IMG/VR virus record: IMGVR_UViG_3300020084_000003
Coordinates: 1 to 64,000 of that record
Direction: 5' to 3' (one strand)
DNA: 64,000 bases
The notes beneath the pieces were generated by a model. That model saw nothing but the letters and a program-made list of their open reading frames with translations. It did no database searches and was not told where the DNA came from. The position numbers and the translations under genes were made by a program. The first letter of the stretch is position 1. Each line of letters opens with the position of its first letter. Positions 26,834-36,195 of the stretch are shown in pieces.

Positions 26834-26921
26834 GGACCGAAGGGCGCTGTTGGTTTGCTCCATCTGTCTCTTAAACAGACGCCGAAAGGCTTCGCCGGTT
26901 CAATTCCGGCTCGGTTCACCA
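26834..26921 (+). tRNA. atypical tRNA with CUU (Lys) anticodon and long variable arm
   Basis: GGACCGA/TCGGTTC, TCTGT-CTCTTAA-ACAGA, GCC-GAAA-GGC arm, GCCGG-TTCAATT-CCGGC, ACCA. Confidence 0.82.
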
Positions 26922-26930
26922 TAAAGTATA

Positions 26931-27584
26931 TTAAATTAGGTGTTTAACTCTCTTTCGGATTGCATTATCTGATATTCCAATTTCCCTACTAGTTTTAGAA
27001 AAGTTGAACAAATTAGATTTTAATATCTCTAAAATCTCTTCGGAAGACAAGTCTGACTTCCTAGATAAGTTTTTTATCCTACAATCGTGAGAGCAATAGG
27101 TGCTACTAGCTTTAGACTTTCTAAAAGTATTATTGCAACCTTCTGATGAACATTCTACGATCTTGTATTCTTTTTTATACCCCTTCTTCATATTTTCAAT
27201 ATCATGTAGTTCTGCAAGTCTATATACTCTTGTGTAGTTGCCTGCTCCGACTAACCCACATTTTTTTAATGCGTGCATGGGTGTAGATGATGTTCTCATT
27301 GCGTCAAGTAGTGTGTCGTCATCAACCTTTTTGTTGTGAACCGAGTAGGACGTATTATTTTTACCACAATAAGATTCTGTTTGTGAATGGCAATTTGGAC
27401 ACAAAAATCTTAGATTATCAAGTCTATTGTCGTTGTTTATCCCATTTATATGATCTAAATGTAGAGATATTGGTTTATTATTCCAACTGTCTATGTTGCA
27501 TATAGCACACTTGTAAGGTAGTAGACCATTTTTTACAATTCTGTTTTTAATTTTACTTCTAGAGCATGTCTTTGTAAATTCCAT
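26931..27584 (-). mobile_element. HNH homing endonuclease
   Basis: CAIC..LHLDHINGINNDNRLDNLRFLCPNCH; C-terminal Cys and HTH-like segments. Confidence 0.88.
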
Positions 27585-27613
27585 TTTGAACCCTCTGTTT
27601 TGTCATTTAAGTT

Positions 27614-27621
27614 TATTTATA
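27614..27621 (-). promoter_or_regulatory. T4-type late promoter for the HNH gene
   Basis: exact TATAAATA 30 nt upstream of the start. Confidence 0.7.
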
Positions 27622-27642
27622 CGACGAGGGTGCAATTTTCAC

Positions 27643-27672
27643 TTGACAAAGTTGTGTGATTCGTGGTATTGT
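27643..27672 (+). promoter_or_regulatory. sigma70-type promoter
   Basis: TTGACA-18-TATTGT. Confidence 0.5.
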
Positions 27673-27704
27673 TTAATCTCAATGTATTAAAATGAGGTAA
27701 AATT

Positions 27705-27917
27705 ATGAAGAAATTGGATGAAATTAAAATTTTGTTGGATGAAGCAGAAGACGAAATAAGAAATTGGACGTATGATACAGAAAAAGGCCAGCAACATGAG
27801 TTTCTAGAAGACTTACGTATTTTTGGGACTTCTAAAAGAAACATACTTGATGAGATTGTAAAATTACAAGGAAACTTAACCTTACTACATTTACAGAGGA
27901 TTGAAAAGGACACCTAA
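27705..27917 (+). CDS. hypothetical protein
   Basis: 70 aa; SD GAGGT. Confidence 0.7.
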   Translation: MKKLDEIKILLDEAEDEIRNWTYDTEKGQQHEFLEDLRIFGTSKRNILDEIVKLQGNLTLLHLQRIEKDT

Positions 27918-28211
27918 ATGTTTCAAAGAATATATGATTATATTTTTCACCGCAATTTCCCACACCCTTCATCAAAAGATGATATGTTTCTTCTAACCTG
28001 CAAAACACCATATAAGGATTTTGATAAAGTTAAACTAGCCAAACGTCGCGGCTATAAGGGTGTTAAGCTTATGTTTGCAGGCATTCCCGGTGTAGCATCA
28101 CCAGAAGATCAGGCGGATGCTTTTGAACGGGCTTTTCTAATTCCCAATAATATGAAAATTGTAATGTCTAGTTACAAGCCATATATGGCACTTATTGACG
28201 TGGAATTTTAA
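27918..28211 (+). CDS. hypothetical protein
   Basis: 97 aa; abuts the previous stop. Confidence 0.65.
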   Translation: MFQRIYDYIFHRNFPHPSSKDDMFLLTCKTPYKDFDKVKLAKRRGYKGVKLMFAGIPGVASPEDQADAFERAFLIPNNMKIVMSSYKPYMALIDVEF

Positions 28212-28214
28212 CAC

Positions 28215-28243
28215 TTGACATACATATGAAATGCTGTTATGGT
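28215..28243 (+). promoter_or_regulatory. sigma70-type promoter
   Basis: TTGACA-17-TATGGT. Confidence 0.6.
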
Positions 28244-28317
28244 GTAATTCAGTATTGAGGATGTTTATATTGCAGCGCATGAAGTTATAATGGCTCTTTA
28301 TAATGAAAGGAAAATGA

Positions 28318-28593
28318 ATGAGTAATAATAATTTTGATGATGGTTTGCGCCGCATGTCAATTGCTAATAAGATGAGACAGCAATTAGAAACAAACCTTAA
28401 CATAATCCATAAGAAATATAATGAGGGTGAAAGCAGTTGTAGTTTCACCTACCGCGACAATTCAGAAATGTCAGCAGAAGAACAGATAGAACAGTTTACA
28501 AATATTTTTGGTGATAACCCTAGATTGACCTTTCATAAGGAAACTTATGCGGATGGCAATACAATTCTGAGTGTAAAGTTTAACAAAGTCTAA
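28318..28593 (+). CDS. hypothetical protein
   Basis: 91 aa; SD AAGGA. Confidence 0.65.
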   Translation: MSNNNFDDGLRRMSIANKMRQQLETNLNIIHKKYNEGESSCSFTYRDNSEMSAEEQIEQFTNIFGDNPRLTFHKETYADGNTILSVKFNKV

Positions 28594-28603
28594 AGGAGTT
28601 ATC

Positions 28604-29035
28604 ATGTATTTGATTGACGAACCAACCCAAGAGCAATATAAGATGATAACCGAATCTCTTATTGAAATCCTAAGAGCTTCTAAAATTATGGATTCAAACT
28701 TGGAGGGAAAAGGTATTACTGGACCACAGTTGCTTTTTGCCGCAGAAAGCTTGGTAGATTGTCTTGATGCTCAGGATGACCCAGAAGAAATTTCTTCGCA
28801 AGAAATTGAAGATGCCATTGCTCTGCATGAGGATATGAAATCTGTAGTAGAATGGTCTGTTCCTCTTGCTATCAGAACAATGGAAGATCGTAGACTTCTA
28901 CGTATGAGTGCCGGTCACATGGATATCTACGGGACTTATAAAGATGGAACAAAATACGTAGGGATTTATCAATCAGAGGTAGACCAGATTGAATTTGCTA
29001 ATGACGTTTTGAAAAGAGTGAAGGATACAAGATGA
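28604..29035 (+). CDS. hypothetical protein
   Basis: 143 aa; SD AAGGAG. Confidence 0.7.
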   Translation: MYLIDEPTQEQYKMITESLIEILRASKIMDSNLEGKGITGPQLLFAAESLVDCLDAQDDPEEISSQEIEDAIALHEDMKSVVEWSVPLAIRTMEDRRLLRMSAGHMDIYGTYKDGTKYVGIYQSEVDQIEFANDVLKRVKDTR

Positions 29036-29397
29036 ACAAAGAACAATTTGACAAAATATTCATGGAACACTCTTTCAAAACTGATGAAGATGGCGTTCCA
29101 ATTATCAAAGAAGAATGGAGCATCGGTGGTATTGGCGGTGGTAACTGTTGGAGTGATGGTGGACATTATGCTATTACTGGTGATACTGAGCCTGATAGTT
29201 GGGCGTTGGATGAAATTATTGAAGATCATTTTGATAAAATTTCATTTATTCAATATAAAAAATTAAATAGAACATGTGTAAAATATAATGAAAGAACATA
29301 TCGTGAATATTACGGTAACTATTCTGAATATAGGTATAAAACTATTAGACTAGATGACTTTTATGGCTTTATGAAGGAATATGGTTATGTTGATTAA
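29032..29397 (+). CDS. conserved phage hypothetical protein
   Basis: W.IGG.GGGNCW motif; YYGNY. Confidence 0.7.
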   Translation: MNKEQFDKIFMEHSFKTDEDGVPIIKEEWSIGGIGGGNCWSDGGHYAITGDTEPDSWALDEIIEDHFDKISFIQYKKLNRTCVKYNERTYREYYGNYSEYRYKTIRLDDFYGFMKEYGYVD

Positions 29398-29782
29398 GCT
29401 GATTGTGGGTCTTCCCGGTAGTGGGAAGACCCATTATTTAAATAGTCTAGATGGCAATTGGATTAAAATAGATGATATTATGGACAAGGGTATATTGCCA
29501 GAGAAGTGTGATAAGCTGGCGATAGTTGATCCGTGGTTTTGTATGGAATTGTCCAGAAAACAGGCTGAGAGCTTCCTAAAAAACAAGTATCCGGGTTGTA
29601 AAATAGAAACAGTGTTTTTTAAGAATGAACCTAAAAAGTGCATAGAAAATGTTACTAGAAGAAATGACGGGCGAGAAGTAATAGGATTTATTGAAAACTT
29701 TCACAATTCATATTATCCGCCTAGTGACGCAATTCCAGTATATGATGAGGAAAAACATGGCAAGCGCGAAAAAGCAGTATGA
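29387..29782 (+). CDS. small P-loop kinase (polynucleotide-kinase-like)
   Basis: LIVGLPGSGKT Walker A; C..NV.RR lid-like segment. Confidence 0.7.
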   Translation: MLIKLIVGLPGSGKTHYLNSLDGNWIKIDDIMDKGILPEKCDKLAIVDPWFCMELSRKQAESFLKNKYPGCKIETVFFKNEPKKCIENVTRRNDGREVIGFIENFHNSYYPPSDAIPVYDEEKHGKREKAV

Positions 29783-30305
29783 AAACCCCGTTGACGTAAA
29801 GCTATATGTGCCAGATATTGGCGACCGAATTGTATTGAAAAATCCTTGGAAATTCTCACTGCACAGTGAAAGTCGAAATTCTTCTTTTAGGGAAGAATTG
29901 GCAAATAATAAAATGTTAGACTTAAATCCTGTATATGACTTCTATGAAGAAATGGTGAAGAAGTATGGTGCATGGTTTGCACAAGCGTATAATGTAGAAG
30001 ATTTTTTAAAAGAATATTTTTGGAAAATAGAGCCTCTTCAACATGCGTATAAAAACGGCTTGATTGATTATGAAACATTTGAACATCTTCGTTATCGTGG
30101 ACTAACCCCAAGGCCAGCTTTGGTAGAATTGCCAGCAGGAACTACTCTGCATGTTGACCGAATTTATATTAGAAAGGGTTTGAACGAATATTCGAGTATC
30201 ACCTTTAGGGTAGATAAGTTCCCTGAGAAAAAGAATCATAGGTTCTGGGCTAAATTGTCAGACACCAGAAACATCGAAGGCACCATTGAATCAATTATTA
30301 AGTAA
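29757..30305 (+). CDS. conserved phage hypothetical protein
   Basis: LYVPDIGD..W.FSLH.E.RN..LPAGT.L.VDRIYIRKG..RFWAKL.D. Confidence 0.7.
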   Translation: MASAKKQYENPVDVKLYVPDIGDRIVLKNPWKFSLHSESRNSSFREELANNKMLDLNPVYDFYEEMVKKYGAWFAQAYNVEDFLKEYFWKIEPLQHAYKNGLIDYETFEHLRYRGLTPRPALVELPAGTTLHVDRIYIRKGLNEYSSITFRVDKFPEKKNHRFWAKLSDTRNIEGTIESIIK

Positions 30306-30335
30306 ATGAGGTAATATTATGAGAAGGTTAGAAAA

Positions 30336-30605
30336 ATGATGGTATCAGGTAGAAAAACAACAGTTGAAAATGTTACAGTAGATGTTGATCCAATTGCAGT
30401 TTTAAGCGGCATCTATAGCGCAACTGTTCCTCCTAAAATGGCGTTTCTTTCATTATCAGACAATCATTGGTATGTTGTATCTGGATACAATTATCATAAA
30501 AATGAGGAACAGTATGAGAAAGATCGTCCTGCCACGGAAGATGAGATTCAGATGAAGAAATCTTACGAGACTATGTATAAATTTTTGAAAGATAATAATC
30601 TGTGA
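30336..30605 (+). CDS. hypothetical protein
   Basis: 89-aa ORF. Confidence 0.65.
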   Translation: MMVSGRKTTVENVTVDVDPIAVLSGIYSATVPPKMAFLSLSDNHWYVVSGYNYHKNEEQYEKDRPATEDEIQMKKSYETMYKFLKDNNL

Positions 30606-30937
30606 AATATCTAGGGGAATTTCAAACCGAAGAATATTCTAATATTTCTAAACCTGAATGGATGATGAAATATATTGAAACCTATGGTGGCTTTGATGGA
30701 AGCCACCACAAAGCTTGGGTTATAGACCAAGTTGCTCGAATTTATCATGGAACGCCTGTTATAGTTAAAGAAGCGAGATGGGAAAAGGAAGATAGTGGAG
30801 ATATTCATACTGAGATTAGGTTTAACACTGGCGAACCTTCACAAGAATATCTAAATTGGGTCAAAGAAATGCGTGGGAATTATGACGAAGAATATGACGA
30901 GTATGAATACGAATATGACGAGGGGATTGCACCATAA
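30602..30937 (+). CDS. conserved phage hypothetical protein
   Basis: YGGFDGSHHKAWVIDQVARI..YDEGIAP. Confidence 0.75.
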   Translation: MKYLGEFQTEEYSNISKPEWMMKYIETYGGFDGSHHKAWVIDQVARIYHGTPVIVKEARWEKEDSGDIHTEIRFNTGEPSQEYLNWVKEMRGNYDEEYDEYEYEYDEGIAP

Positions 30938-31720
30938 ATGGTTTGGTTAGTAGAAAATCTTTTGAATGCCGAGTCTTTCAATGTGATTAAAATGGTAGAA
31001 GCTTTAGAACAAAACGGTGTTGACTATAAACTAGTCAACACCGTTCCCTTTGAGCATGTTTATCTCGATTATGTTGAAGATGTTGATCCTACATTTGTCT
31101 ATGGGTCTACTGTCACTTTAAAAGCTGCTACTAAAATAGGACATGGCAATTTGATAAGGATAGCGCCAAAGGAATCGGAATTATTAGATAATATAGGCGA
31201 TTTATATATGAACAGTGACATGGTTTCGCTTCCTTTTGAAGAATCCACTGAATATATAGAAAGCAGCAATCAAGAATTCTTTTTTGTTAAACCGGACACT
31301 GATTTAAAAAGTTTTGATGGAACAATAACAGACAAAGAAAGATATAAATTCTTCATTGAAAATTCTATGACAACGAACAACTACGACAAGACTACTAAAA
31401 TTTGTATCAGTAGTGTCAAGATTATAGAAAAAGAGTGGAGAGTTTTTGTTGTAGGAAACCAGATATCTACTTATTCTCAATACAGGCAGAATAGAAAGCT
31501 CTTTAAATCTAATAGCATTGATGATGGTGCATATGACTTGGCTAGAAAGTGTATTGACATATACCCATACTCTGATATGATGGTCATAGATGTGGCACTG
31601 ATGGATGATTCGTCATACAAGGTTATAGAATATAACACCATAAATTGCTCTGGTTTGTATGATTCTGATGTTAAAAAATTAGTGTCTGATATTAATTCTC
31701 ATATAAGAGGTTTGAAATGA
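30938..31720 (+). CDS. ATP-grasp domain protein (DUF4343-like)
   Basis: FVKPD..KSFDG, EWRVFVV..SQYR, VIDVA, VIEYN..SGLY. Confidence 0.8.
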   Translation: MVWLVENLLNAESFNVIKMVEALEQNGVDYKLVNTVPFEHVYLDYVEDVDPTFVYGSTVTLKAATKIGHGNLIRIAPKESELLDNIGDLYMNSDMVSLPFEESTEYIESSNQEFFFVKPDTDLKSFDGTITDKERYKFFIENSMTTNNYDKTTKICISSVKIIEKEWRVFVVGNQISTYSQYRQNRKLFKSNSIDDGAYDLARKCIDIYPYSDMMVIDVALMDDSSYKVIEYNTINCSGLYDSDVKKLVSDINSHIRGLK

Positions 31721-31893
31721 AAACGATTGATGACGTTTATGAACGTCTTAAAAAAGAATATAACCTTTCTAGCATCAACATCGGATTTATTGATCCAAAT
31801 GCTGATATGGAAGCTGTATACACTTCCACTAAGGCCACCTTGGATAAATTGATGGCAGGCGATTACGAAGAAGTATTAGAGGAAGATGACTGA
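31717..31893 (+). CDS. hypothetical protein (58 aa, not in ORF track)
   Basis: ATGA overlap with the ATP-grasp stop. Confidence 0.55.
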   Translation: MKTIDDVYERLKKEYNLSSINIGFIDPNADMEAVYTSTKATLDKLMAGDYEEVLEEDD

Positions 31894-32194
31894 TAATCTT
31901 ACTACAAAAAATTACCTAGAATGGGTAAATCATATAGAAGGTTTGCATAACCATGCTGACCTATACATTTACGGTGATGAAAAATATATATTTCACCCAA
32001 AATGGGTAGGACACTTCAAAGGTTTCATGAAACATCCTATTTCTATAAGTTCAGAAAATATGGATGTTTTGGTTTCAGAAATTGTTGTTCTTGATAGTCT
32101 CGAAGAAATTGAAAACTATTACGGGAACTACCTATACATGGTTTCACAAAGACGTGATGGAAAGATAATAATGAGATACGCACGGTCAAACTGA
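31886..32194 (+). CDS. hypothetical protein
   Basis: 102 aa; SD GAGG. Confidence 0.65.
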   Translation: MTDNLTTKNYLEWVNHIEGLHNHADLYIYGDEKYIFHPKWVGHFKGFMKHPISISSENMDVLVSEIVVLDSLEEIENYYGNYLYMVSQRRDGKIIMRYARSN

Positions 32195-32224
32195 TTGACA
32201 CCGGAGGTTGTATTGTGTTAGAAC
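32195..32224 (+). promoter_or_regulatory. sigma70-type promoter with extended -10
   Basis: TTGACA-18-TAGAAC with TGn. Confidence 0.5.
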
Positions 32225-32283
32225 ATACATGCGATTCGTGCATATCGTGGCAATCATATCAACACAACAGAAGGATTTATATT

Positions 32284-33198
32284 ATGAAAATTTTGAAAAT
32301 TGCAGCACTTCTACTTCTGACTTCCGTTCCGGTATCGGCTATGGCTAACGGTGATGTTCCAAACTGTAAAGGGACTTCCATTAGTTGTAGTGACAACGGG
32401 AACAACGGAAAAGACGGTAGCACTAACCATTACAACAATACTGTAACTGGTGGTTCAAATAATCAGGGTGACATTAAAGGTGGTTCTGCTGATGGCGGAA
32501 AAAACACCACGGTCAACTCTGGTGGAAACAATTTTAATAGTGGTGGCAATGTAAACAGCAACGCGACCACAAACAGTGGTGCAATTTCAAATAATAGTGG
32601 AGTTAATAACTCTGGCAACTCTTCGAATGTCAACAAAAATTCGCAAGGTCAGGGGCAAAGCCAAGGTCAAGGCCAAGGCCAATCTCAGTCTGCAAGCTCC
32701 AATGCCAGCGGCGGTAATTCTACAAATAGCAATACTCAGGGTAACGCACAATCGACGGTCGTGAACAATTCTTCGATCAATAGGCATTCAGCCGCAAGTT
32801 CGATTGCACCTTCCATTGATGGTTGCGGCGGGACTGCTGGTGGCGGGTTCTCAGCTTCTATTCAGACTTTTGGTTGGGGCGTTTCTGCTGCACGATGCAA
32901 AGGCGACCGTTTTCAACAAATCGTAGTTGCCGAACAACTTGCAAAAGAAGGCAATAGTGCTGCCGCCGCGTATTTGGCTTCTGTTGATCGCCCTTCACGC
33001 GCCGCGCTGATTGCCGCTGGTATTGTCATTGATCGTAAGGCACGTTCTTTCAGAACAAATGAAGCTCGTCGCTGCGATGTTATTTCGCGTCATATGAACG
33101 GTATCACCAAAGAATTTCGGGCAATCCCTGCCGAGGGCTACACTTCGGATCAAGCTCTTAATTCCTGTGCAACTGCTCTAGGTCTTATTATGCAATAA
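32284..33198 (+). CDS. secreted Asn/Gly/Ser-rich protein with Cys-containing C-terminal domain
   Basis: signal peptide MKILKIAALLLLTSVPVSAMA; QGQ repeat; SIAPS..CGG..GFSASIQTFGWGVS. Confidence 0.75.
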   Translation: MKILKIAALLLLTSVPVSAMANGDVPNCKGTSISCSDNGNNGKDGSTNHYNNTVTGGSNNQGDIKGGSADGGKNTTVNSGGNNFNSGGNVNSNATTNSGAISNNSGVNNSGNSSNVNKNSQGQGQSQGQGQGQSQSASSNASGGNSTNSNTQGNAQSTVVNNSSINRHSAASSIAPSIDGCGGTAGGGFSASIQTFGWGVSAARCKGDRFQQIVVAEQLAKEGNSAAAAYLASVDRPSRAALIAAGIVIDRKARSFRTNEARRCDVISRHMNGITKEFRAIPAEGYTSDQALNSCATALGLIMQ

Positions 33199-33202
33199 AA
33201 AC

Positions 33203-33226
33203 AAGGCGGCATTGAATGCCGCCTTT
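33203..33226 (+). terminator. intrinsic terminator
   Basis: AAGGCGGCAT-TGA-ATGCCGCCTTT. Confidence 0.75.
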
Positions 33227-33244
33227 AAACACAAGGAATAACTG

Positions 33245-33874
33245 ATGGAGAATTTGATAAGATTTATGGGTGACACTCACGCCAAACCTATCTTACAAAG
33301 ATATAACATGACCGGGATTTCCCGGTCAATTCACGTTGGCGATGTTGGTATTGGTTTTGGAGTTGATGAAGATATTCTAAAATTGTATCAGGAGATGCCG
33401 GGGAAACACACATTCATCCGTGGCAACCACGATAATCTAAGTGTTATAAAGGAGAAATTTTCAGACTACTGGCACCAAGATGGTAGTTACGAAAAAGAAA
33501 CAAGTATGTTCTTTGTCGGGGGTGCAAAATCTGTGGATTCTTTCAACAGGATTGAAGGTAAAAACTGGTGGCCGGATGAAGAAGTTGACGAAAAAGAATT
33601 TGATAAGCTAATATTAAAATATGCTTATGCCAAACCCTCAATAGTAGTTACCCATGACATTCCTATTCAGGCTGCGGCGAAGATGTATGACAATCATGAA
33701 CCGTTTGATAGTGTTACAGCTAGAAAACTTAGTGAAATGTATGAGGCGCACCAGCCTAAATTATGGGTCGCGGGTCATTGGCATAGAAAGCGCATAAGAG
33801 ATGTTTATGGCACAAAATTTGTGGTCTGCCCTATGGATAGCTTCTTTGATATAGATATTAACTATTTCAAATGA
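33245..33874 (+). CDS. calcineurin-like metallophosphoesterase
   Basis: GDTH, GDVG, GNHD, THD, GHWH. Confidence 0.9.
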   Translation: MENLIRFMGDTHAKPILQRYNMTGISRSIHVGDVGIGFGVDEDILKLYQEMPGKHTFIRGNHDNLSVIKEKFSDYWHQDGSYEKETSMFFVGGAKSVDSFNRIEGKNWWPDEEVDEKEFDKLILKYAYAKPSIVVTHDIPIQAAAKMYDNHEPFDSVTARKLSEMYEAHQPKLWVAGHWHRKRIRDVYGTKFVVCPMDSFFDIDINYFK

Positions 33875-34046
33875 TGAAGGTCATTTAAGTGTTGAAGTCT
33901 CTGACGACATGCTGTATAGTCTTAGGAAGACAGTAGTGGGTAATGATTCACATCTGTCAAAAATGACTTTCAAGGTTGGTGTTAAGTATACCAATAAAAG
34001 TATTGATAATTCTTGGATTAATTACAAGGAGTGAAATAAATATATT

Positions 34047-34319
34047 ATGATGCCAGAAAAACTATATGGATCAAGTAATAAGGAAGTGATCGCGGTCACT
34101 GACAAACCAAATGGCGCTATTTTCTATCAAAAGTTTGGTCTTCTAGTTCAAATCAAAGCTGATGTTGAATATAAAGAAGATGCCAATGGTGATGTATTTG
34201 TCGAAAGACTCATGCACGAAAACAAGCCTTATTACTACATTATTCACTCGGAAGAAGTCATGAATATTAGAAAAGAAGAAAACCCAGAACTTACGCATTC
34301 TAGGTATACTAAAGTCTAG
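34047..34319 (+). CDS. hypothetical protein
   Basis: 90-aa ORF. Confidence 0.6.
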   Translation: MMPEKLYGSSNKEVIAVTDKPNGAIFYQKFGLLVQIKADVEYKEDANGDVFVERLMHENKPYYYIIHSEEVMNIRKEENPELTHSRYTKV

Positions 34320-34345
34320 TTTCATACCTTTTTCCGAGATTTAAA

Positions 34346-34585
34346 TTGGAGAAAGGTATGAATAAGTTAGAAATAAATGTATACGAGAACGGAGTAATAG
34401 GTGTTCGCGGATCAGGAAACAGTTACGATCAATTTTATAAATGGCAGCGACAATTGTTGTCTGCAAAGGACGTAAACTTGTCTTGGCCTTGGCACTACTT
34501 CATTCTCAATAAATCAGAAGAATATAAAGAGCTTTTTGCAAACTACAGAAATAATATATCGTTTGTGAAAAAGGATTATGTATAA
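34346..34585 (+). CDS. hypothetical protein
   Basis: 79-aa ORF (start may be 34358). Confidence 0.55.
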   Translation: MEKGMNKLEINVYENGVIGVRGSGNSYDQFYKWQRQLLSAKDVNLSWPWHYFILNKSEEYKELFANYRNNISFVKKDYV

Positions 34586-34597
34586 GGAATTTTTATT

Positions 34598-35668
34598 ATG
34601 GAACCTCTTCTTGATAGGGACGTTGCTAAACAGAAGACATTTGAGAGAGATGGTTACAAATGTGTGATTTGTGGTCGTGCTGATCTTCCTCTAGACGCTC
34701 ATCATATCATTGAGAGGCGTCTTTGGGATGATGGTGGTTATTATCTGTCAAATTTGGCAACGCTGTGTGACGCTGGTGTTGATGGGTGCCACTACAAGGC
34801 AGAAACTACAGAGTTGTCTGTTGAAGAAATTCGTGAGGCATGTGGAATTGATAAGCCTATGCTACCAGAAGATTTTTATCATGATACTGTGTATGATAAA
34901 TGGGGTAATACCTATTTGGAAAATGGGATGAGGACTAAAGGTCCACTTTTTGACGATGAAAGTGTCCAAAAAGTTCTTAAAAACTGCTTAGAGGAATTTA
35001 CAGATTACGTAAAATATAAAAGAACATACCATGCACCTTGGAGCGAAGGTATTACAGATGATGATCGCGTATTGAAAGACATGTCTATTTTTGAAGGCTG
35101 CGAAGTTGTAGTTACAGAAAAGATGGATGGTGAAAACACCAACATTTACAAAGACTATATCCACGCGCGTTCTGTGGACGGCAGAAGTCACTACACTAGA
35201 AATTGGGCAAAATCATTCGCTTTCGGTTATTTTGCACATAATATTCCTGATAAATGGCGTGTATGTGCAGAGAATCTATATGCGAAACATTCTATTGAAT
35301 ATAAGGATTTGGACAGCTACCTTCTGGCGTTTTCTATTTGGAATGAAAAGAACGAGTGCCTTTCTTGGGATGAAAGTGTGGAATGGTTCAATCTTTTGGG
35401 CATTCCTTATGTCAAAGTTCTATATAGGGGTGTTTACGACGAAACCCTAATTAGGGGCTTGTATGATGCAAGCAAGTATGATACAATGGAGGGATATGTT
35501 GTAAGGAAGGCAGATTCTTTCCATTACAAAGATTTTAGTAAGAATGTTTTTAAATTTGTAAGAAAAGACCACGTGACCACAGAGAATCATTGGATGTATG
35601 GTTACAATAAGACGCACGACCTCAATTCTCTTAAAGAGGGTGTGACTATGGAAAATATTATAAAATGA
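34598..35668 (+). CDS. HNH nuclease domain fused to an ATP-dependent RNA ligase
   Basis: CVIC..DAHH..N..LC..CH at the N-terminus; EKMDGEN (motif I), EGYVVR and FKFVRK at the C-terminus. Confidence 0.85.
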   Translation: MEPLLDRDVAKQKTFERDGYKCVICGRADLPLDAHHIIERRLWDDGGYYLSNLATLCDAGVDGCHYKAETTELSVEEIREACGIDKPMLPEDFYHDTVYDKWGNTYLENGMRTKGPLFDDESVQKVLKNCLEEFTDYVKYKRTYHAPWSEGITDDDRVLKDMSIFEGCEVVVTEKMDGENTNIYKDYIHARSVDGRSHYTRNWAKSFAFGYFAHNIPDKWRVCAENLYAKHSIEYKDLDSYLLAFSIWNEKNECLSWDESVEWFNLLGIPYVKVLYRGVYDETLIRGLYDASKYDTMEGYVVRKADSFHYKDFSKNVFKFVRKDHVTTENHWMYGYNKTHDLNSLKEGVTMENIIK

Positions 35669-35676
35669 GGTAAATT

Positions 35677-36195
35677 ATGAAATATGAAAATGTAAGAGCA
35701 ACACTAGGCAAACTTTTTGGCGAAGAAATTGTTGCAGTGCTTGATGATGAAGAAATTAAAAGTTTGGCAACTGCACTACTTGAAGTTGCATCAAAAGAAA
35801 CACATTCTTTTGGTGTTGGCAGGCCACAAGATACTGCCAATGAGGATATGGACATTTCTGATAAAAAAGTGGTTCCTTTCAAAACCAAAGAAGCTCCTGA
35901 GAAGGAGGTTCCAGATTCAAACAAAATTACCGGAACTGTTTATATGATGAGCATGGAAAAATTTGAAACGGTTAAAAACGATATCTTTAGCAAAGAGGCT
36001 ACATCTGCAAATGTCGGTAATTTGAAAGTTATGACAAAGGACAAATATGTTGCTTTCGTTGTATCAGGTAAAGTTAATCCATCACTAATCAACATCGCTA
36101 GGTTGAAAATCTACTCAGACGTAATTTACGATGCAGACAATCGTAAAGTGGTTAAAGAAAAAACACAAAACCTACATAGAGAACTTTTTAACTAA
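35677..36195 (+). CDS. hypothetical protein
   Basis: 172 aa; SD GAGGT. Confidence 0.7.
   Translation: MKYENVRATLGKLFGEEIVAVLDDEEIKSLATALLEVASKETHSFGVGRPQDTANEDMDISDKKVVPFKTKEAPEKEVPDSNKITGTVYMMSMEKFETVKNDIFSKEATSANVGNLKVMTKDKYVAFVVSGKVNPSLINIARLKIYSDVIYDADNRKVVKEKTQNLHRELFN

Noticed and set aside
26834-26921. tRNA-Sec or tRNA-Pyl / stop-codon suppressor
   Set aside because: The anticodon is CUU, not UCA or CUA; stems are a standard 7/5; core genes translate to full length in the standard code, so there is no sign of recoding
32641-32690. QGQ repeat as a phase-variable tract
   Set aside because: Codons vary between units and the frame is preserved; it is protein low complexity
33875-34034. 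Possible short gene between the phosphoesterase and 34047
   Set aside because: The open frame has no convincing start or SD, so it was not called
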